From Bacteroidales bacterium (GTDB taxonomy: Bacteria; Bacteroidota; Bacteroidia; Bacteroidales; WCHB1-69), in NCBI GenBank assembly GCA_017962275.1, contig JAGCVQ010000038.1:421-64420 (forward strand): a DNA stretch of 64,000 nt, read 5' to 3'. The notes under the pieces were generated by a model. That model was not told the origin of the DNA. It saw only the letters and a list, made by a program, of their open reading frames with translations, and searched no databases. The translations under genes and the position numbers were made by a program. Numbering within the stretch: the first letter of the stretch is position 1; each line of letters opens with the position of its first letter. Shown in pieces: positions 12,387 to 18,015 of the stretch.

Positions 12387-12466
12387 ACGGTCATTTTGAA
12401 TATCAAGATGCAAAGATATAACAAAACAATGCGAATGATGGGGAAACGCCTCGTCCAACACCGCGC

Positions 12467-12700
12467 AAAAAGAAAGTGGAGCCATCATTCAACAGTCTCC
12501 ACTCGGTAGGGCCTGGACTCCCTGTTAGTAAGATACTGAAGAACAAGCCCCACCTTATTGGCATAAATACTCAATAGGCAAGCTTGATTCCGGGTATCCG
12601 TACTAACTTCTGTAAACTGTCCAGGTTCACCGAGACGGACAAGCGAAACTCGCTTTCTTTTCAATAAAATCCCGTTGCCTCGTCTCGCGACGAAACAACG
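12467..12700 (-). ncRNA. candidate structured small RNA, family not identified (copy 1)
   Basis: On the minus strand, the -7 box tatctttg (12704-12711) is followed by a 14-bp GCGA-capped hairpin, a small hairpin, a rod of about 150 nt, and the terminator AGUGGAG..CUCCACU+UUCUUUUU. The 73-aa ORF here is judged spurious. Confidence 0.55.
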
Positions 12701-12703
12701 GGG

Positions 12704-12711
12704 CAAAGATA
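12704..12711 (-). promoter_or_regulatory. -7 box TAtcTTTG of sRNA copy 1
   Basis: The reverse complement reads ttattatctttgcccc. Confidence 0.55.
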
Positions 12712-12759
12712 ATAAAAAGATGGATTGGTTGTGTGGTTATTTTTCGTTGAGCGCTGGTG

Positions 12760-12787
12760 GTAGAGACGCAAAATTTTGCGTCTCTAC
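12760..12787. repeat. 28-bp palindrome family copy
   Basis: gtagagacgcaaaattttgcgtctctac, inside the 323-bp repeat. Confidence 0.9.
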
Positions 12788-12945
12788 GGTGCGACGACGA
12801 CCGGAAACAACATGGTTTCTTGCGAAATCTTGTTCTAAAAATTAACAATTCACAAAACCAATTGTTAAATCCATCTACGTATTTGTTTGGCCGCCAATTG
12901 GATGCAAAATTTCGCAGATCCCTTGACAAAGGGCATTTCTTGTTG

Positions 12946-12953
12946 TATATTTG
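12946..12953 (+). promoter_or_regulatory. -7 box TAtaTTTG upstream of the RhuM-like gene
   Basis: Context is tgtatatttgcag, 36 nt upstream of ATG 12989. Confidence 0.6.
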
Positions 12954-12988
12954 CAGACGGAAATTCATTAACCTAAAGACGAAAGAAC

Positions 12989-13855
12989 ATGAACCAGAAC
13001 AACGGCGAAATCATCCTCTATCAACCCGACAGCAGCATTCGGTTGGAAGTCCGGATGCAAGAAGAAACAGTGTGGCTGACGCAAGCACAGATGGCCGTGC
13101 TGTTTGGCACACAAAGGGCTGCCATAACAAAGCATCTGAACAACATTTACAATAGTGGTGAAATAGAACGAGAAACCACGTGTTCCAAAATGGAACATGT
13201 GGGCCAAAATGGAACACGTGTATATTCTACAAAATACTACAATCTCGATGCAATACTGTCGGTCGGGTATCGTGTCAACAGCAAAAACGCCACATCTTTC
13301 AGACGTTGGGCAACACATACATTAAAGGAATTTCTGTTACACAGATATAGTTCTGTTCAACATGTTCAATTTGTAGAACAGCGAATCGACAGGCAATTAG
13401 AGGAACATTCAATGAGAATCCTTGCCCTTGAAGACAAGGTCGGTTTCTTTGTCCGTAGCGCACTGCCGCCTGTAGAGGGCATCTTCTACGATGGGCAAAT
13501 CTTTGATGCGTACACTTTCGTGGCGGACTTGATTCGTTCGGCACGGGAACGAGTCATTATTATCGACAACTACGTGGACGACTCCGTTCTGAAGACCCTC
13601 ACCAAACGTAATGACGGAGTTAGCGCCTCCATAATAACGCGGAAGATTTCGGATGAGTTGGCTGTGGACCTCGAGCGTCACAACCAACAGTATCCACCGG
13701 TGGAAATCACCACTTCGGATCGCTATCACGACCGATTTCTCATCATCGACAATACCGTTTACCACCTCGGTGCCTCTGTTAAAGACCTTGGAAAGAAGCT
13801 CTTTGCGTTCAACAGGATGGAGGTGACAGCAGAAGAATTATTAGCTGACAAATGA
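12989..13855 (+). CDS. RhuM-like N-terminal domain fused to a PLD-like C-terminal domain
   Basis: The N-terminal ~110 aa (IILYQPDSSIRLEVRMQEETVWLTQAQMAVLFG...YYNLDAILSVGYRVNSKNATSFRRWAT) matches the RhuM family as I know it. The C-terminus (IFYDGQIFDAYTFVADLIRSARERVIIIDNYVDD...HDRFLIIDNTVYHLGASVKDLGKK) resembles the C-terminal module of Bacteroides ORF6N-type proteins. Confidence 0.75.
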   Translation: MNQNNGEIILYQPDSSIRLEVRMQEETVWLTQAQMAVLFGTQRAAITKHLNNIYNSGEIERETTCSKMEHVGQNGTRVYSTKYYNLDAILSVGYRVNSKNATSFRRWATHTLKEFLLHRYSSVQHVQFVEQRIDRQLEEHSMRILALEDKVGFFVRSALPPVEGIFYDGQIFDAYTFVADLIRSARERVIIIDNYVDDSVLKTLTKRNDGVSASIITRKISDELAVDLERHNQQYPPVEITTSDRYHDRFLIIDNTVYHLGASVKDLGKKLFAFNRMEVTAEELLADK

Positions 13856-14088
13856 AAAAGAAAGTGGAGCCTTCATTCAACAGTCTCCACTCGGTAGGGC
13901 CTGGACTCCCTGTTAGTAAGATACTGAAGAACAAGCCCCACCTTATTGGCATAAACACTCAATAGGCAAGCTTGATTCCGGGTATCCGTACTAACTTCTG
14001 TAAACTGTCCAGGTTCACCGAGACGGACAAGCGAAACTCGCTTTCTTTTCAATAAAATCCCGTTGCCTCGTCTCGCGACGAAACGACG
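13855..14088 (-). ncRNA. candidate structured small RNA, family not identified (copy 2)
   Basis: Same unit as 12467-12700. Its terminator hairpin starts at the last base of the RhuM-like stop codon. Confidence 0.5.
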
Positions 14089-14091
14089 GGG

Positions 14092-14099
14092 CAAAGATA
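14092..14099 (-). promoter_or_regulatory. -7 box TAtcTTTG of sRNA copy 2
   Basis: Same sequence as 12704-12711. Confidence 0.5.
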
Positions 14100-14147
14100 A
14101 TAAAAAGATGGATTGGTTGTGTGGTTATTTTTCGTTGAGCGCTGGTG

Positions 14148-14175
14148 GTAGAGACGCAAAATTTTGCGTCTCTAC
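14148..14175. repeat. 28-bp palindrome family copy
   Basis: gtagagacgcaaaattttgcgtctctac. Confidence 0.9.
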
Positions 14176-14290
14176 GGCGAGACGTATGTCACACCCACAC
14201 ATCATTCACTTCTTCTGCCGGAGGCAGATCCTTTCAGTAACCCCATACGGCAGTATGGGGTGGTGCGCACCGACAGGCCACGGTCGCCCA

Positions 14291-14392
14291 GTATATAGTC
14301 ATCGGCGCTTGCGTATATAGGCATCGGCGCTTGCGTATATAGGCATCGGCGCTTGCGTATATAGGCATCGGTGCTTGCGTATATACTCATCT
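14291..14392. repeat. 22-bp tandem repeat, about 4.6 copies
   Basis: Units of gtatatag(g/t)catcgg(c/t)gcttgc start at 14291, 14313, 14335 and 14357, with a partial unit at 14379. The partial unit contains the stop codon of the gene at 14387-16576. Confidence 0.9.
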
Positions 14393-16576
14393 GCTCTTGA
14401 GTACCTTCCCGACTCCGCCCTCGGTGCGCAAGAAATAGACCCCGGCGGGAAACGACGAAAGGTTAACGATGTGGGAGCAATCCGGCAGGTCATCAATCAT
14501 CAGCACAAGGCGGCCGTAAAGGTCATACACGGCAATCTGCCGCAACGGGAGAACGCTTTCCACGCGGACGAGACCTGCGGCAGGGTTCGGCCAGACACGG
14601 AGTTCCTCGCGCACGTGCGACACGACCGCGCTGTGTTCCGGAGGCACTGTCCCGACGAAAAAAGCCGCACCGCCCGCGTAGTTGCCGAGAAGCAATTCCG
14701 GTTTCCCGTCGCCGGTGAGGTCAGCCACAGCGACAGCAACTCTCCTACCCTCCCGGAACGGCTGCGCAACGCCCTCGACCGTCTCCGCAAGGTTACCCTC
14801 CGCCTTCTCGAAGACCCCGTCCAAATTGCCGTCAACATGCTTGTAATAAGCTACTTCGCCCAACTCTCCGGCGCAAAACAACACCGTGCCGTGCTGCGCG
14901 TCACGATAGAAACAGGGAACGCTGTACCCGAAATAGGACTGCGTGAAATCCCGCATGTCAACACCGCCGAGCGTATCCGTTATCTGCTGAAATTCAGGGA
15001 TATTCGTACTGATGTTACGGTAATAAGACAACAAACCGCGGCGATTTCCGACAATCAAATCCTCGCGCCCGTCGCCATCCAAATCGAAACACTGAGGCGT
15101 GCTGTATTCTCCGACGTCTATGTTCGAAAAGTGCTCCGTAATCGGCCCCTCTCCGGTCTGCAAACGCTGGTGCGGGACAAGGAGCAACGTACCGTCCTCC
15201 AACCCGCAGAGCATATCCACCGCCCCGTCCCCTTCGAAATCCCCGAAAGTGGGATGCAACGCCTTGAACCCGAGACTTTTGAGGTTGCCAAAATCATCGG
15301 TCTGCAAGGTAAAAGCGGGGGTGGTCGCCGTACCCGTATTGCGGTAGTAACGCACCGACGAGGAAAAATAGGCGGTCAGCCAGCCATTCACGGTCTTGGC
15401 ACTGTCGAACGAGCCGTAATTCCCTATAAACAAATCCAATAACCCATCGCCGTCAAAATCGTGCAAGACCGGATGACAGCCACTCCCCACATCCACCATC
15501 TCCCCTTGGAGAAAATCGGTCTGCGAAAGCGTATATTGTTGTAACGAAGCATCATATTCATATACCCACACACTATTCCTGTCCTGAGATTTCGTGAGCG
15601 AAGGGTCCGAGGGCGACACCACCAGCGACGGCGCGTCGTGTCCAGGCAAGGTCACGAAGGAGGCCGCCGGCATCGAGTAGAGCTGGACCGGCATCTGCGG
15701 CGGCCAGCTCGTATCCTGCACCGTCATCCGCGCATCGGAAAGCGTGCCGTGGTTGTACAACATGATATTGTACGGCGAATCCACATCGCCGAGCAGCAGG
15801 TCAGGCAGACCATTGCCATCGAAATCGTGAAGCAACATCGAGGAGCCCGTATGGCGCGTATGGTCGTCGCCCGTTTTATTGTCACAATCCGAAAAGAGTG
15901 TCACCGCATTGTTGTCAGCGGCCTCCTCGAAATGGCCCCAGCACTCATTTTCCAGCCGAAAATCGAAGTCCTCATCTGCATCGGCGTAGTTGCGCAGATG
16001 ATGCACATAACGGCCCATCACCCAGAAGTTCAGGATATCGAGATGGCCGTCGCCGTCAATGTCATCCACCACTATATAATCGTCAGGCGAAGCGTAGATG
16101 TTGGTATAGCCGTTGTAGTAGAAAGCCTCCAGCGGATCCGCCACGAGCTCGAACCGCAAGGTGTCGTCGGAAACGTTCTTGAAAACGCGCACCGAAGCCA
16201 ACCCGTAAGTGAAGATGTCGGCCTTGCCGTCGTGGTCATAGTCGTAAAGGATGACCCAGTCATGTAGATCGGGAAAACGGCGGGCATACTGCGGGGCGTA
16301 CTCGTAACCGCCGCCCACGCGCAGGAAGGGCAGCAGCCGGTTGCCATGCTTCTCAAAGCCAAGCAAGTCGGGTTCACCGTCGAGATCAAGGTCAATTTCA
16401 GAAAAACGGACGGAATTGAGACCACCCGCCCACGGAAGCTCTAACGGCTGCCCATTTCCGACGACAGGTACAGACAGGTCGCGTTCAAAACCAAAGTCGT
16501 AATAGGTACTCTGCGCCGGTGCCGAGACGAGCCACAGCGTAAAAAGAAGAAGACCGATAAGGGGTTTGGGGCTCAT
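14387..16576 (-). CDS. FG-GAP/VCBS-like repeat protein with type A T9SS C-terminal sorting domain
   Basis: Signal peptide and repeated DxDGDGxxD motifs (DLDGEPD, DIDGDGHLD, DFDGNGLPD, DFDGDGLLD, DLDGDGRED). The C-terminus LRVWPNPAAGLVRVES...IAVYDLYGRLV...FPAGVYFLR fits the Por secretion tail. Confidence 0.85.
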   Translation of the reverse strand: MSPKPLIGLLLFTLWLVSAPAQSTYYDFGFERDLSVPVVGNGQPLELPWAGGLNSVRFSEIDLDLDGEPDLLGFEKHGNRLLPFLRVGGGYEYAPQYARRFPDLHDWVILYDYDHDGKADIFTYGLASVRVFKNVSDDTLRFELVADPLEAFYYNGYTNIYASPDDYIVVDDIDGDGHLDILNFWVMGRYVHHLRNYADADEDFDFRLENECWGHFEEAADNNAVTLFSDCDNKTGDDHTRHTGSSMLLHDFDGNGLPDLLLGDVDSPYNIMLYNHGTLSDARMTVQDTSWPPQMPVQLYSMPAASFVTLPGHDAPSLVVSPSDPSLTKSQDRNSVWVYEYDASLQQYTLSQTDFLQGEMVDVGSGCHPVLHDFDGDGLLDLFIGNYGSFDSAKTVNGWLTAYFSSSVRYYRNTGTATTPAFTLQTDDFGNLKSLGFKALHPTFGDFEGDGAVDMLCGLEDGTLLLVPHQRLQTGEGPITEHFSNIDVGEYSTPQCFDLDGDGREDLIVGNRRGLLSYYRNISTNIPEFQQITDTLGGVDMRDFTQSYFGYSVPCFYRDAQHGTVLFCAGELGEVAYYKHVDGNLDGVFEKAEGNLAETVEGVAQPFREGRRVAVAVADLTGDGKPELLLGNYAGGAAFFVGTVPPEHSAVVSHVREELRVWPNPAAGLVRVESVLPLRQIAVYDLYGRLVLMIDDLPDCSHIVNLSSFPAGVYFLRTEGGVGKVLKSR

Positions 16577-16578
16577 GG

Positions 16579-17532
16579 CTACCGCACGCGCAAGCGTTGG
16601 CCCTCGCGGATAAAGTCGCCGCGCAGATGATTGAGCTTCTTAATCTTAGAAACCGTTGTGTGGTATTTGATGGCAATCTTGCCCAAGTTGTCGCCCTTGC
16701 GCACCCTGTAATATTGGGGAGATCCAGAGGGTTTGGAGGTCTGCTGTTGCTGCTGCTGTTGCACCGTCTGCTGGTTCGGATTGGGCACCGAAACCGTGTA
16801 ACCGGAGATGAACAGCGTGTCGTATTTCGTCTTGAAATTCTCGAAATCGATGAGGCGGTTGGGGTTGATATCGTTGCCGAGATAGCGCACCTCGAAATGG
16901 AGGTGAGAACCGTAAGAACGACCGGTGTTGCCGCCAAGACCGATAATATCGCCAGCCTTCACCATCTGGCCGGGATTGACGAGACGGCGGGAGAGGTGGG
17001 CGTAGTAGGTTTCAAGGCCGTTGTCGTGGCGAATGACCACAAGATTGCCGTAACCACCCGTATTGGCCGTACCCTTGGAAATGCGCACGATGCCGTCCCA
17101 CGCAGCCGACACAGGCGTGCCTTCGGGGTACCCAAGATCGACGCCGCGGTGCATCCTGCGGTGACGATAGCCATAGTTGGAGGTGATGCGGTAGTTAGCC
17201 GGATGGTGGTAGCCCGTCAGGTCAATGGTGTCGCGAGCCGCGGAGCCCTGATGACGGTAGTGGATGGTCACGATGTCGAAATTCTGATAGAGATTGTACC
17301 CCGGCATCCAGTTGAAGTAGGTGAACAGCAGGCCGTTGCCATGATCGACGTTGTCGAGGTTGGAGTCGTACATCGAATTGATGAGATTGCCCAAGGAATC
17401 TTCTTCAATGACGGCCTCGATGTGCGCGGTGTCGTTCACCACGTTAAATTGGATATGATTTTCCTGCGCCACGAGTCTCCACGTGAGCGTCAGGCACAAT
17501 AATGCTATGTTGAAAATGCTTTTCTTGTTCAT
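16579..17532 (-). CDS. M23 peptidase with C-terminal LysM domain
   Basis: HRGVDL and HLHFEVR metal motifs. LysM domain: YYRVRKGDNLGKIAIKYHTTVSKIKKLN. The stop is 2 nt from the next start. Confidence 0.9.
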   Translation of the reverse strand: MNKKSIFNIALLCLTLTWRLVAQENHIQFNVVNDTAHIEAVIEEDSLGNLINSMYDSNLDNVDHGNGLLFTYFNWMPGYNLYQNFDIVTIHYRHQGSAARDTIDLTGYHHPANYRITSNYGYRHRRMHRGVDLGYPEGTPVSAAWDGIVRISKGTANTGGYGNLVVIRHDNGLETYYAHLSRRLVNPGQMVKAGDIIGLGGNTGRSYGSHLHFEVRYLGNDINPNRLIDFENFKTKYDTLFISGYTVSVPNPNQQTVQQQQQQQTSKPSGSPQYYRVRKGDNLGKIAIKYHTTVSKIKKLNHLRGDFIREGQRLRVR

Positions 17533-17544
17533 GCCGCTCTTGGT

Positions 17545-17781
17545 CTATCGTTTGATTTTCTTACTGTCGTGACTCTTCCGGGTTGAGTTTTTCTTGATGT
17601 AATAGGTGGTGCTTTGCGAAGTGGTGGAGTTCCATTTAGGGGTATGGCGGGTGCGCGTCTTCTGATATTTCGAAGGCTTATGCACCTGGTTTTGGGAAGA
17701 CTGGCAGGAGCCGAAGGCAAAAATCAGCACTGCACAGAACAGAAAAACAACAAACTTCCAATATTTTTTATTCGTAATCAT
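17545..17781 (-). CDS. small basic lipoprotein, unknown function
   Basis: The lipobox is FAFGSC. It sits 12 nt upstream of the M23 gene and a promoter-like TTGTATTTTCGCGGC lies upstream. The K/R/S/T-rich tail is low complexity, so the coding call is moderate. Confidence 0.55.
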   Translation of the reverse strand: MITNKKYWKFVVFLFCAVLIFAFGSCQSSQNQVHKPSKYQKTRTRHTPKWNSTTSQSTTYYIKKNSTRKSHDSKKIKR

Positions 17782-17983
17782 TTCTCAAAATTTAAGCCGC
17801 GAAAATACAATTTTTTAGGATAGGCTCGGACGATATTTCCATTTTCACAACCATCTCAATGATAATCAACCTGTTACAAAAAGAGAATACTAATAAGTCA
17901 TCTTTTGTGTAACGAAATGGTCGTATGAGGCTACTAATTCAACGAGGGAATAATTACGTCCCTCCATCATTCAAAAAAAAATG

Positions 17984-17991
17984 TATCTTTG
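17984..17991 (+). promoter_or_regulatory. -7 box TAtcTTTG preceded by an A9 tract
   Basis: Context is aaaaaaaaatgtatctttgcag, 25 nt upstream of ATG 18016. Confidence 0.6.
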
Positions 17992-18015
17992 CAGGATTAA
18001 AAAAGGATATTTATT

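Larger units (their letters stand above)
12467..12789. repeat. 323-bp direct repeat, left copy
   Basis: Identical to 13855-14177 at a constant offset of 1388, apart from 3 mismatches (12484, 12568, 12697). Confidence 0.95.
13855..14177. repeat. 323-bp direct repeat, right copy
   Basis: See the left copy at 12467-12789. Confidence 0.95.

Noticed and set aside
12467-12700. Assigning the candidate sRNA to SRP RNA, tmRNA, RNase P RNA or a hammerhead ribozyme.
   Set aside because: By eye there is no GNRA-capped helix 8 with a GGAAGCAGCC-type loop (SRP) and no tRNA-like acceptor/T-arm ends (tmRNA). It is too short for RNase P and lacks the GGAAAGUCCGGGC P4 region. There is no CUGAUGA...GAAA hammerhead core. 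6S RNA cannot be excluded without a covariance-model scan, so no family name is given.
12485-12706. 73-aa ORF (MPRCFVARRGNG...) and its twin at 13873-14094.
   Set aside because: The ORF would start upstream of, and read through, the -7 box region of a unit with strong RNA secondary structure and its own terminator. The composition is Arg-rich and resembles no family. It is better explained as a structured RNA.
12467-14177. Calling the R-U-R locus a mobile element (IS, MITE, integrative element).
   Set aside because: I found no transposase, integrase or terminal inverted repeats. A 323-bp duplication is far too long for a target-site duplication. It is reported as a repeat-flanked cassette of unknown origin instead.
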